From Spongospora subterranea f. sp. subterranea (taxonomy: Eukaryota), in NCBI GenBank assembly GCA_049724395.1, contig JAUGWO010000069.1, positions 248,001 through 312,000 on the forward strand: a stretch of 64,000 nucleotides of DNA, written 5' to 3'. Shown one piece after another: positions 25,746-38,585 of this stretch (position 1 is the first letter of the stretch; every line of letters starts with the position of its first letter). The notes under the pieces were generated by a model, which was not told the DNA's origin, did no database searches, and saw only the letters and a list, made by a program, of their open reading frames with translations. Position numbers and translations under genes: made by a program.

Positions 25746-27629
25746 ATGGCGCTATGGGTGTTGGGCCTGGTGGCCGTATGCTGCTGGCCCATGGCGGCGG
25801 TCGCCGGCAATAGTCGCAACGCCCTGTTGGGGACGCGATACCGGGTCGACCTGGGGTCGGGCGGCGTCTCGATATCGACCAACGAAACTGTCCTGGGGCG
25901 GTCTGGCGATTGGATCACGGTTTCCTGGGAGAATGTCGACCACCCCGATCCCGACGACTGGTTGGGCCATTGATAGCTGGTCGGCCCCCGTCATGGCGTA
26001 TTGATCAACGGTCTAGGATGGCGCTATTCGCCCCCGCTAATGCATCGGCATCTCCTCACGACCACGCTCCTATCAAATATCGATTCGGTACGTGGATATA
26101 TCCAGCCGGTTGGAGATGTGTTCACCGATATATTCATTCCAACAATCGCAGCGAATGAAAGCGAATCTCATCTCTGCTGCGGTCGAGGATCTCTATCGTT
26201 CTCCATTGTCAATGTTCGAGGGGATTTCTCATTCGCGTTCTTACGGGGCGGTTTACGGAACGCGACGGTATCTGCTCGATCAGCCCCGTTATCGTTCGCC
26301 AATGTCGACGAGCCGCTGTCCCCTCGCTGGTCGTTCGGCCCTGTCGCCGGTTCCTTTCGCCTGAGCTGGAGCAGTGGCGGCGCGGCGGGTCCCCTAGTGC
26401 AATGGGGCCGTCGATCGGGCGAATACCTGCAGACGACGACCGCACAGACAACCACATATGATCGTGGCGATATGTGTGGGCCACCTGCGTCCACCATCGG
26501 CTGGTTCGATCCTGGCGCCATTCATCACGCCGTTCTGTTCGACCTGCCGTATTCGCAAAAAGTGTTCTATCGGTTCGGGTCGTTCACAGGTGGGTTCAGC
26601 CAGGAATATGTTTTCCAGAGCCCGCCAGGGCCGGGCAAGGCGACACGCCTATTGGCGTATGGCGACATGGGTGTTGGGCACGTCGATCAGTCATCGTCTG
26701 GGTATTTCACCGAGCCGATGGCGCTGGCGACCCATGTCCAGGATCATGTCGAGCCCATATCGTGCAGACGCCGTCCTTCATATTGGGGATATATCGTATG
26801 CACAAGGGTTCATATCGCAATGGGAGTAAGATCGTTTGGCCATCGATCATTGTTCCTCGAACTGATACCGTCCCTAAATAGCTATTTCTTGCAGCAAATA
26901 GCGCCGATCGCATCAACAATGCCATATCAAGTTGCTATAGGAAACCACGAACGCGATTGCGTCAACTGCGGGTCGTTCTTTGAGGTCGACGATTGCGGTG
27001 GCGAATGCGGTGTTCCGTATTCCAAGCTGTTCCCAACACCGAACGATGTTCCAGATCAGCATTGGTATTCGTTCGATATCGGTTCAGTTCATGTTGTGGT
27101 TCTGTCGACCGAGGCGGATTTCCGACGAGGAAGCGCTCAATGGTCGTTCCTTCGATCTGATCTGGCATCGGTTGATCGCAGTAGAACGCCATGGGTTATC
27201 GTATCCGGCCATCGGCCCATGTACATAGACAGCACATACGATTCCGGCGACACCTCCGATATTGTTGTCGCCCGCCTCCTCCGCCAGCACCTTGAGCCCA
27301 TGTTCCACGAGCACGGTGTGGACCTGGCGATCTGGGGCCATAACCATTCCTATCAGCGAACCTGTCACGTTCTCAACGAGACGTGCTTCGACGGTGAAGG
27401 AGCCAAGGCCCCAGTACACGTTGTGGTCGGGACGGCCGGATTCAGTTTAACGGCGAACAGGAATGCAATCTCGCCCAAATGGCTGAAAACTCGCCGCGAC
27501 GAGTTCGGGTATCTACAAATATCGGCCAGCAAAGACTACCTTGATGTGGAATTCATTGTCGATGCAACTGGAGAGATCGGCGATCGAGTCAGAATCAATC
27601 GACACGCAATCGCTGTGAGTTCGTCATAA
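25746..27629 (+). CDS. Secreted purple acid phosphatase (fn3_PAP plus metallophosphoesterase domains)
   Basis: Signal peptide; APIKY motif; metal motifs GDMG, GDISYA, GNHE, VSGH and WGHNHSY. Introns at ~25961-26016, ~26088-26150 and ~26826-26881. Apparent frameshift near 26733. Confidence 0.93.
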
Positions 27630-27658
27630 AAAAACAGGCAGACAAAGGTACATGATTT

Positions 27659-28314
27659 TTAGTCGGATGTTCGATCAGCTTGAGATTTGCGCGCGAGAAG
27701 GGTCTTTTCAATAGCGACCAAGGCGTTCCTTTTGACGCCCAGTTCCTTGTCGGCTTCGACCAGCTTCGACACAATCACGTCCAGCTTCCGCTCGCAATAG
27801 TTGATGGCGTCGGGCGTTGATTTCTCAACGTAAAACCCTGACGCACGAACACAAAACGTGAGAAGGGCGGTTGGCGCAAATGCGGATTCACCCGAACCTG
27901 TTCCGATATCGACTAATGTCAGATTGGGATCGACTAGTTGACCTGGCGCGTACAATGAATCGGTCAACGGCACCAGAATATTCCCATCTGGATTGATTCG
28001 GCGCGCGACGTGAGAGAGCGAAAACAACAACAATCGCTGGTGGTGAGGATGGACTCTGACCTGAGGTTCCCTTGTCCTTTAACGCGTACAACGCCTTGGC
28101 TGACGATTGGAAGCGGGATGCGGCGAGCTTCAGGGTGCCAGAGGCCTGACTCAGACCTTGCACTTCCTGTTAATCCATTTGGCGAACCAATGAGGTGTCT
28201 GGGGAGGGTTATCGGAAACAGGCCGCCCGCTACCTGTTCAATCTGGCCCTTGAACGCGCCAAGTTGCTCGGTGGGCACAGTTGAGATATCCACCCTCTGC
28301 TGTTCCTGCGACAT
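27659..28314 (-). CDS. PFDN5: Prefoldin subunit 5 (alpha type)
   Basis: ILVPLTDSLYAPGQL, LVDIGTG|FYVEKS, DAINYCERK; N-terminus MSQEQQRVDISTVPTEQL. Confidence 0.92.
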
Positions 28315-29749
28315 TATCCCGTCGCCGCGCGCCTGCAACCCCGATATGGCCTGGAATCCCCGGTTATACAGTTGTATATGTCGCCATGTTGTCGGGTAAA
28401 CCGGACTCCGTGGCTGAGGCCAACTGCCACGGTTCTCTCGATCTTGGACAGTTATTTCGCAATCAATGACCAGCAAGCTCGGCCATGGAGCTGAACTGCA
28501 CGACCATTGATTGACCTTTCTGCAATCGGGGAAGAACACGCGGAACGCTGTTGATCGTGTGAAAATCGCCATCGTGTCGATGGTGGCGATTCGGTCGCGG
28601 CCTATCGACCCGTTTTATTCGCCCAATCACTCACACAACCCTACTATTCCTGCATTGGAATCGCCGCCGTACCAGGGCCAGATCCGATCGCACAATCTTT
28701 GGAGCACAACTTGTTGTTGGCGCTGCGAACATGGAAATACTTGCACGTAATGGAGACCGGTGATCGTAAAACACGTTTTATAGCGTTTTATTCCAACACA
28801 GAATTTCTTGATAAAAACTGGTGTTGTGTATATAGCGTGTTCCTGGGGATGATCATTTGGGTGAACATAGATCGATCAGAGCAACACATGGCGCTAGTCG
28901 CATCCCACGTCAACTGAAACAGTTGAACGGTACAGAGATGAATGCCATAGCGACATTACAACCTATCACGAGAAACAAACCCGATTATGACGTTGTGTGT
29001 CGTCACTATCCAAATGCGATATTGGGCCGATATTGGGAATGAGAAGCAGATCGCATCGCGCTGGAGAGACTATAACAAATGTCCAGCCAGGTCGATGCGC
29101 TATCCATGGCCAGATTGTGGCCAACTGAAGATGACATCTTGATTGGCAACGACGCGCGACGATCGACAGGGTGATCATGGTGTGGGAGTGGGAGTAATTA
29201 TCATCGGTTGTGGCCCATGGCGATAACAATTCCCCGATCGGGGATCATTAATCTCAGAGGCGGAGAACCCCACCGAGTTTGTTGGACACCATTTCGTCGA
29301 AACCCCCAAACACGATCCAAAAATGCAAATGGCAATGTATTCAGATCATACCGAACGTCCTGGAATGGTGTCGTGAGGTCGATATCGTCGAGTTGTTTCA
29401 TGTTCACAGGATTTCCCTGATCCACTGGTTTTTGACAGAGATCAGAGATTGGACCTGACAACGGGGATTCACCTCCCGATGGCCGACACCCCATCCAGAC
29501 ACGTTCATTATTGTCTGATCTGGGTGTCGACCTGTACGGCACATGGGCCCATGGCCATGGCGCTAATGTCAACACCGCAGTGCGACGGACTAATACGGGT
29601 GTAGTCGGAAATCACAATCGAAAACGGGTGGTCCATTATCAGAGTGTGATTTGCCAATCGTGATTCACTGGCCGATATATCTATATTCTGCCCCAATCGA
29701 ACAAGCGTTGCTCCAATAATCGATACTATTATCAACCATCCTCCGCTCA

Positions 29750-31664
29750 ATGCTGAAGACCGTATTTTGTCGTGGTTGGCGCCGCCGCCTATCCACAGTT
29801 GGTCCAGTTTATGAGTTCAAAGGAAGGACGATGAATTCCAGGTCGATGTATTTGGATATGCAGGCGACTACTCCACTCGGTAAATGATGATCGTTCGATC
29901 AACGTCGTATTTTCGTCTTTTGTTTTCTGACGTTATCGGCGTTGATGTTAATAGATCCTCGTGTATTGGACGCCATGATGCCATTCCTCACAGAACAATA
30001 CGGTAATCCTCATTCGACAACCCATCTTTATTGGGTGGGAGACCAGCGCTTCGATTGAGATCGCTCGCAAGGTCAGCGACCCTAGCGTTGGTAGCGCCAC
30101 CCACTGAGGTCTGGTCAGCATGTGGCAGATTTGATCGGGGCCGATCCCAAGGAGATTGTCTTCACGTCGGGCGCCACCGAATCCAACAACAGCGCCATCA
30201 AAGGTGAACCATACGACATTAGGGTTTCGCCCCCGTCACCCTCACGATGACCGTTATGATCAATCAGGTATCGCCAGGTTCTACGGGCAACGCAAGAAGC
30301 ACATCATCACGACTCAAACCGAGCATAAATGTGTGCTGGATTCATGCCGACAGCTGCAAAGAGAAGGTCTGTTATTGATATTGATGTTTTAGAGTGGTTT
30401 GGGGGGATTTGACCGTTTTCTCGCCAGGTTTCAAGGTCACCTACCTTCCTGTTCAGAACAACGGGCTTTTGGATCTCGAGCTCCTGGAATCGTCTATCAC
30501 CGACGATACCTCGCTCGTCTCCATCATGTACGTCAATAACGAGATCGGCGTCGTTCACCCCGTTGAAGAAATCGGCAAAATCTGTAAAGCGAAGAAGGTA
30601 ACTGTTTTCCGTCGTGCCCCGCGCTTTGCTCACACGTGTTTTGCCCATTATTCAAGGTTCATTTTCACTCGGACGCAGCCCAAGCTTATGGCAAGGTAAT
30701 ATTCGCAGTCGTAATTAACTACAAACGAACCCTGACGTTGGCGATCTGCTCAGCTTCCCATCGACGTCAACACAATGGGCATTGACGCCATGTCGATATC
30801 CGCTCACAAATTCTATGGACCGAAGGGGATTGGTGCGTTCGCCAGGTTTCGTACACGCCCAACCCTGATCTGTTGTTTCTCCAAAGGTGCAATGTATGTC
30901 AGACGTCGTCCTCGTGTTCGCATCGATCCAATCATCAGTGGCGGTGGCCAAGAACGTGGCCTTCGCAGTGGGACGTTGCCAGCCCCTTTGGTTATCGGTA
31001 TGGGCGAGGCCGCCAGATTAGCGAAACAGGTCTCTGGGATTGTTCTACGCTAGCTCCCTGTGTTCCTGTGCCAATAACCGTTTTTTGTTTCTACGAAAGG
31101 AAATGGCAGCGGATCATGCCCATATATCGACATTGGCCAAGAGACTACTGAACGGTCTTCGAGCGGCGTTGCCCCAAATCACGTTAAACGGTGATCCTGA
31201 CCAGCGTTGGGTCGGCAATGTCAATGTGTCGTTTGCTTATGTGGAAGGTGAAAGCCTTTTGATGGGACTGAAAGATATCGCCGTCTCCAGGTATGGGATT
31301 AACAGGAACGTTAAAGGATATGGGATTAAGCGTTGATCACGCTCGATTTGTTGTTAGTGGGAGTGCATGCACATCGGCATCGTTGGAACCAAGTTACGTT
31401 CTTCGCGCGTTGGGAGTCAATGAGGAGATGGCGCACACATCAATCCGATTTGGAATCGGACGGTAATCGTCGCGCGTTCCTAATACCTCTCGTGCTTAAC
31501 TTGCTGATTTCGTGGGACGAATCAGGTTCACGACCGAGAGGGAGATCGACCTGGCGATCGAGATGACCGTGAAGGAGGTGAACAGGCTGAGGGAGCTGTC
31601 CCCATTGTGGGAGATGGTCCAGGAAGGGATCGACCCGTCCACCGTTCAATGGACACAGCATTGA
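29750..31664 (+). CDS. NFS1: Mitochondrial cysteine desulfurase (many short introns)
   Basis: Arg-rich presequence; [46 protein letters not shown] (PLP lysine), [20 protein letters not shown] and terminal WTQH*. Confidence 0.96.
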
Positions 31665-31757
31665 ATATCGCCAATCCTGTCTACGATATCTCCATCGTCC
31701 CTGTCAAACACCCCCTAATATATCGTCAAGTTCAACCTGTTTTATATTATGTTGTTT

Positions 31758-34511
31758 TCATTTCCGGCGTTTGAACTTTTTCTTCGAGTTGAAACTGCCC
31801 TTCCTGTCGCGTTTGAATTTCTTCCCGGTCTGATCATCCCCGGTGCCCTTATCGTCCTTGTACTCCACGTCCTTATACCTTCTCTCGAACGTGCTATTGT
31901 CGGTCTGATCTTGTTCATAATGCGGACGCTTCCTCTTCCTAAACATACACTCCATCAGCGCCATCGCCCGCCCAAAACCTCCGAAAAACACGCGAATTTT
32001 TCTTACAGATTACGAGGCGCTTTCAACGACGATCCGTCGTCCAGTTGCTGTTTGGTGATGCGTCGTTTGGCCTTTTCCAATCTTGATGCGATGCTCATGA
32101 TCGTATCGGGTGCTGGTCCAGATTTCTCCCCCGATTCCTAAACCAGGTGTGTCAGTCCCCAATCGGCGGCGACGACTGTGGCGCCATGACCACCTGTTCC
32201 TTCTTCTCCTCGATCGCCTGCAGCTTCCTGCGCTTCTGCTTCCTGGTCATTCCCTTCAGCTGCTCCTTGATCGGTTTGGTCGAGACCGCCACGATCGGTT
32301 TCTTCACGTGCGTTGGTTTCTCGGATTTCAGCGGGATTCCCGACGCCGCTTGAGCGCCCGCCGCCCGTTTCTTCTCTTCACTGCTACAGAACCACGTCTT
32401 CTTCGGTCGGTTCATGATCTCCCTAAAAACCGATCACGTTCAGTCCCCAACGCAATCCGGTCGACAATCTGTGCCAACAAACACACCGTTCATGGATCAG
32501 GATGTTCTCCATCTTGTTGGCGCTCATCTCCGCCACGCGGATCTCTTTCTCGACCTTCTCGTCCTTCTCGATCTCGGCGATCCGATCCTTCATGGACTCG
32601 ATCAGGTCCGAGTAGTGTTGGATGACGGCGGCGCCGATCTTGCGGCTTTTCACGCTGGCCGACGAATGCGACAGGATCTCCTAACGGTGACGAACAGAAC
32701 CTCAGTATTACAATACGTTGACCGAAACGGTTCGGCGACGCGGCTGAACCTTGAGAATCGCTCGGGACTGATCGGTGACCAATGTGATAGCGTGGCCAGA
32801 TTTGCCAGCACGAGCTGTACGACCAACACGATGGACGTACGTGCTTAACGACGACGGGAACGAGAAGTTTAAAACTGTTCCAACATCGGCGATATCGATA
32901 CCTGTTGCAAAAGAAACTCAATTGGTCGCCGGGGGCGGATGGCGCTACGACGGGGGAACGCACCGCGCGAGGCCAAATCTGTGCAAAGGAGAAAGTCGAC
33001 GCGATTGGAGCGGAATTGCTCCAAGGCGTCGATGCGCTGGATCTGGGTCAGGTCGCCATGGAGCTCGGCGGCGTTGAGACTGGCCAGACCGAAGATGTGC
33101 AAGGCGCGATGGGCCAGTGCCTTCGACCTGAGGACGTGTCAGTTCCGGGGAAACGATGAACAACGCGACAAAGATGGGGAACGAACGGGAAGAACACAAT
33201 GGTCCGGTCTTTGAGGGTCCGCTTGCACAGCGCCAGGAGAATGGCGAACGACGTGTGCGTCGAGTTGTCGCGAATACGGACGAACTCCTGGGTGAGGTCG
33301 ACGGGAAGTGTGTTGATGGCGTCGATCGATATACGACGGGGATCGGATAAAGACAGATCGGCCAACGACGTCACCTGAGCGCGCCCAACCGATTATCAGG
33401 AGTTCGGCGGGGAGCAAACGGCGCTTGATCGATTACCTGAGCGGTCAATGTTGCCGAGAACAGCATGGTCTGACGCCCTTTCGGGCAAGCGTTGATACAT
33501 TCCTGAACCTCGTCGACGAACCCCAGTTCCAGCAGACGATCGGCTTCGTCCAACACCAATATCTCGACGGTATCGAGGTGAATGCTCTGACTGTTGCGAA
33601 TGTGGTCGATCAATCGCCCTAGGAACGGGTGGGGGCGGATTCAGTCTGTGTGGCCAACGCACATCGAGCGACGAAATACTGGCGATTACCGGGTGTGGCG
33701 ATGACGATATCGGGTCGGGTCTGAAGGGCGGCCGATTGGCGCTGCATCGATAGACCGCCGACAACGAGGCAGGCGCGGATATTGGTCCCTTTGCAGAGCT
33801 GGTCGGCGACGTCGAAGCACTGGGCCGCCAGCTCCCTTGTCGGGGACAGGATCACTACGCGCGATAGCGATATGCGATTAGGGCATTGCAGCAATCGCTC
33901 CAGAATCGGTAAGAGGAAGGCGCAGGTCTGTGAAACACGGAATCGGGGGCGTCAATCAAACGAACGATCGGCGACATGGAGTTTGGTTTGTGGACCTTTC
34001 CGGATCCGGTGACGGCGTTCACCAGTAGATCGTGGCCTTTCAGACCGGACGGGATGGCGATCTTCTGAACGTCGGTGGGAATCGATAAACCCATCTTCGA
34101 CAGGTTCACTAATAAAGGTCTCGATAGGCCCAGACTGGCGAAATCATCGCCGCGCTTATCGTCAACGGCCTGGACGGACTGGGTCGCTTTCGTCACCTTC
34201 TTCTTGGCCTTTTTCGTTTGCAATTGGGTGACGTTATCGGATTGTGATTGAACCGCCGTCGAATGATCGTCAACCCGTCGGCTAACAATGCTGGCCTTCA
34301 ACGTGTTGATTCCTTGATCCGGGATCGGGCGACCTACAGCTGGTGCAACAGGACGCGGGTCCGATTCCGTCTCGATGGCGTCGATCATGAACCCGATATT
34401 GTCCACGACAAATCCACCGTCGTCATCATCGTCATCACAGGACGACACCGATAGGACGTCATTGTCATCGTCCGAGGCGACTACAGGCGCTTGCAAGAAG
34501 GACAACGCCAT
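31758..34511 (-). CDS. DDX27: DEAD-box RNA helicase DDX27/Drs1
   Basis: [62 protein letters not shown] and [10 protein letters not shown]. The C-terminal [19 protein letters not shown] and [11 protein letters not shown] are typical of Drs1. Confidence 0.93.
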
Positions 34512-35350
34512 TGGATCCGAGAAAGGTGAAAGCGCCAACAGCTCTCCCTGGGGGCTGGGCACGACCTGACCTGTCGGACTGTCATAGGCCGTGACGGACA
34601 CCGATCCACGGACTTTCCCTCGATTCCATCGTTGACTTTCGCCATGCCAGATGCCCTTTCACACGAAAAGTCCACAGATGATCAGAATTATGGGTGAACT
34701 TGACCACCGATTCATCTCATCATTGTCATTTTCCCTTTCTTTAACTAAATCGCGTCGGCTGATCGTTTTCGCCTCGAAAATTCGCGTGTTCAACACCGTT
34801 AGCTCAATCATCAGATCATACGGCGAATGCAATCTTATGACGGTTGTCGAAAGACGTCAGCTGTTTATAGAATCATTCAATATTGTGAATGGAACTGCCT
34901 TTTGTACCTGTTTGATAAATTCCGGACAGGTCAAACCTCGTTCTCAAACCTTAATCGTACAGTGTTTGCGTCGTCGTTCACCTGGCTATTCGCGTTGTGG
35001 ATATTTCAACTTTCAAATTCGGATGGAACAAGTTGCGTTGAAATTGCTTGAACAAGGCCCTTGTTCTAACGGCTGTGGCGTTGTAAAATAGAGATCGATT
35101 AGTATCGACAGAGATCGAGCGATGACCGACAGCGTGTAGGTAACCTGTCGCCATTGCTCATCATCGTTAGCCACGAATGTCCATAACAGTGTTAAACCTG
35201 ACAAATGTTCTCGTTGTGTCGGTTCCCGACAATATATTCCGAAGTCCTACAACTTTATCGTGATTTGTTTCGATTGATTTTAGCGACATTGGTTCAACGA
35301 AACGCGAATACGAGCGTGAAAGATTGAGACCTAGGTAGGTAGGTCGCTCT

Positions 35351-35848
35351 TTATTTATACTTGAAGGTTCGGCTGACCATCATTAAGCCACAAACCAGAG
35401 TTAGCAAGCCCAACGCCATGTACAATAGGAAGTCGGGTGGGTTCACATTCAATCGGACTAGGTCCTCTTCCTGACTTTCGGGATCCCGTTCCTTGGCGCC
35501 CAACGCTTTGATTTCGTCGAGCACGGGAGCCTTGACCGTCTTGCTCAAAGACATACTTTTCAGCAATCGGCGATATTCGATCAACTCGACATTCAACGCT
35601 TTAGAGGCCGCTGTGATTCTAAAGTTGCGATCAAACCACGACATCTCTGATAACCTCTGCTTGTTCATCCATATTGATTCGGCCGCCTTAATCAACTTGC
35701 GGAAATTGGCCACATCAGTTTCTGTCTCGAGCTTGGCAGCAATCAGGTCGGCATCTGCCTTGACAGGTTCATATCCGGCCGCAAATACCGTCATGGTTGA
35801 GATCAGTGCAACAGCAAACAGCCCCTTCATCACCATTGTCATCATCAT
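35351..35848 (-). CDS. Small hypothetical protein with signal peptide and C-terminal TM helix
   Basis: Single ORF of 165 aa; hydrophobic N-terminus MKGLFAVALISTMTVFA; C-terminal FLLYMALGLLTLVCGLMMV followed by a basic tail. Confidence 0.75.
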   Translation of the reverse strand: MMMTMVMKGLFAVALISTMTVFAAGYEPVKADADLIAAKLETETDVANFRKLIKAAESIWMNKQRLSEMSWFDRNFRITAASKALNVELIEYRRLLKSMSLSKTVKAPVLDEIKALGAKERDPESQEEDLVRLNVNPPDFLLYMALGLLTLVCGLMMVSRTFKYK

Positions 35849-36293
35849 GTCTCGGTAATTGAAGCCGATACGAATTCAAAATGATCAAGCGGATCAACGC
35901 AATAAATCCTTCTTGCCAGCGGAAGTTCAAAGTGAGTCAACGATCATATTAGGGTTATTCAACAAGGTGTAAATCGTGCAACATCGTGTTTATGGTGAAA
36001 ACCGGAATCATTCTCATACGGGGAATGAATATCTGGATTGGACCTGAATGAAATCGCTAAGTGATATATGCTCCCTAAGTGTAGTCGTAAGCGGTTGCTC
36101 TTTGCGTCGTTTCAGTCAGTTTCCCTTCTGCCTTTATTTAGACAAGAGCAGCCCTGGATAGGCCAGACTAGCTGGAAACCAATCCACCATTCACAGGTCC
36201 ATAGTTTTAAACCGGATTGTTGCATATCACTCTGCTAAATCAATGAATACATTGCAATAGAACTGCTCATCTTTTGTGCGATTTGACTTTTCT

Positions 36294-38187
36294 ATGAATC
36301 TTGTATCAATTTTGTTGATATATCAATTGGCAGACTCATGTTGGTCAGCTACCATAGATACATCTAGACCAGCCCTTACCCTTCCTACATCCTCTATTAC
36401 AACAAGTCCTGCCGTATCGCCATCTCCCGCACCAATCACTAGTCCCCTTTTACAATCATCATCACCACTACTGACGGCTCCTCTAATTACTGCCTCAAGC
36501 ATTCCTGCAACTTCAATCCCTGCTCCAGTGTTGCCGACGCCTTCACAGCCACTTCTTACTACTCTTCCAATACTTTCGGTTTCGCCTACATCTACTGATC
36601 CAACTCCATCCATGGTTGCCACCCCCCAGCCAGGGTCAACTTTCTTCACCATCTCCTTCATCATCTCCGGCATCACTACCTACCAATAACCCATCCCCTA
36701 TTCAAACAATACCATCGCCATCGTCTCTCCCATCGCCAACGACGGCGTCAGCAGCCGTTATCCCATCACCTGCTCCTGCTCCAATATCGTCACCAGCTGC
36801 TGATACCCCGTCACCATTATCAACATCACCCTTGCCAATGGCGCCTTCTAAATCCTCTTCCCCAATCATATCAGCATTGCCACCTATTGCATCCCCCGGG
36901 TCGGTTTCCAACCCGTCAGAACCGCCACATCAGCCACTAGTTCCCTCGCCCAATAATGGTGTTCCTTCAACTTCTCTGTCAGCACCGACGCTTAATACGC
37001 CCTCTGGCCAACCAAATGCGCCAGGTCAGGTTCCTTCAACTTCTCTGTCAGCACCGACGCTTAATACGCCCTCTGGCCAACCAAATGCGCCAGGCCAGGT
37101 CCAGTCCCTGCCGCCGACACCTTCGCCATCTCATCCTGCCCTCGTACCAATTCCAGGCCAGCCATCTTCACCATCACCGTCTCATCCTACTTTCGTACCT
37201 GTTCCGAACCAAGCATTTTCACCGTCATCAAATCATCCACCACCGCTTCTGTTTCCTTCAGCCGAAGTTGCTTCTATTATCCCTCCATCGCCTTCTGTAT
37301 ACATTCCTGACTCAAAAAGCGATGGTTCATCTTCGTCAGCCTTTCCTTCAGAACGACCCTCTCCTCGCCACTTTAACTCTCAGGACCTCATCCCTCCTCC
37401 ACCTTCAGACCTTAAAGATCACGGCCCTATACTTCCTAGAGCGGTTCAGATGCAACTAATCTTGTCTAACAGGTCTCAAGATTTTTTGAACAATCTGACA
37501 GACTTCAAGCAAAAATTTGCGGTTGATATTGCAGATGCTACAAGAATTGATCCGAATCAGGTCCAGGTAGTAGATCTAACCGATACGTCATTATCTTCAT
37601 GTCGTGTACGATTTCAAATACTGGAGCCTGATCATCATGCCTCACTTGATTCACTGGTTCGAAAGCTCCGTCTCGATATGAAAGATCCATCAAGTTCATT
37701 AAGAAATGGGACCATCACATCAGCTCTTGTGTCCTCAAGCGATCTTCGTCCAGCTGAAGTCATACTGCAGCAATGTCCAGACGGATCGCTCATAAATCAG
37801 TATAACTCGGATCCATGTAAACCACCACCGCCGCAATCCGAATCCGTTCTTGTGAGCTGGCTGGATATTCCTGTTTGTGGTTCAACATTGGTTCGGGTAG
37901 TATTTAGCACCATTGGCGCTGTTGCTCTATTAGTTGTCATCTGGAACTGGTACCATGCCCCGCCTTCGTCTCGATTGACACCATGGGCGTCACGATCTCC
38001 TTACTCCAAAGATACTATATCAGCGTCTGTGGTATCGGAACGCCCTCTAGCCCTGGAGCAACATCAGCCTACAGATTACGTGATCTCCTCAATAGCTCCA
38101 AAAATCGCCGACCCTGATCAACCTCTAAGGCGGACCCAATCTGAATTGGCGTTTGGTCAGCCAAATCGCCCGTCTGTTGATATTTAG
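36294..38187 (+). CDS. Pro/Ser/Thr-rich mucin-like type I membrane protein
   Basis: Signal peptide MNLVSILLIYQLADSCWSA, long P/S/T stalk, globular SEA-like segment (FKQKFAVDIADATRIDPNQVQVV...VRFQIL) and TM helix VVFSTIGAVALLVVIW. The two ORFs join through an apparent frameshift at ~36615-36630. Confidence 0.75.
36961..37100 (+). repeat. Two in-frame 69-bp tandem copies (VPSTSLSAPTLNTPSGQPNAPGQ)
   Basis: Near-identical units starting at 36961 and 37030. Confidence 0.95.
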
Positions 38188-38585
38188 ACTTCATTTATCG
38201 TTTTCGAAATGAATGGGATTAGTTATCATTGAAAAAGAGGATATTTCCCCCTCAAATCAACGATACATGAAGTGCATCTCTGCTGTCTTGACGATACACA
38301 CCTACGATACAAGCAGTGTTTCCTGCCACATATACATACCATCACTATCTGCTGCATGCTCTATCATCGTGTCATGCATTATTATCTATGATACAGAATA
38401 CCTGTTATATTCAACGCACCGAGTGTTCGATGATCACGATACACCACCTGACTGTGTCAATATATGCATCTCATGATACAGGAATACAATATCGGTCGCC
38501 ATTCTGCTATGGTTATGGTCATGTGATCAACGGATTGCCGATCACAAGTGCAGATGGCGCCACACGGTAAACGCGCATAGTGATC

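Noticed and set aside
28750..29750. Small minus-strand gene between PFDN5 and NFS1
   Set aside because: Short ORFs with no recognisable domain or convincing splice structure; it cannot be excluded but is not supported.
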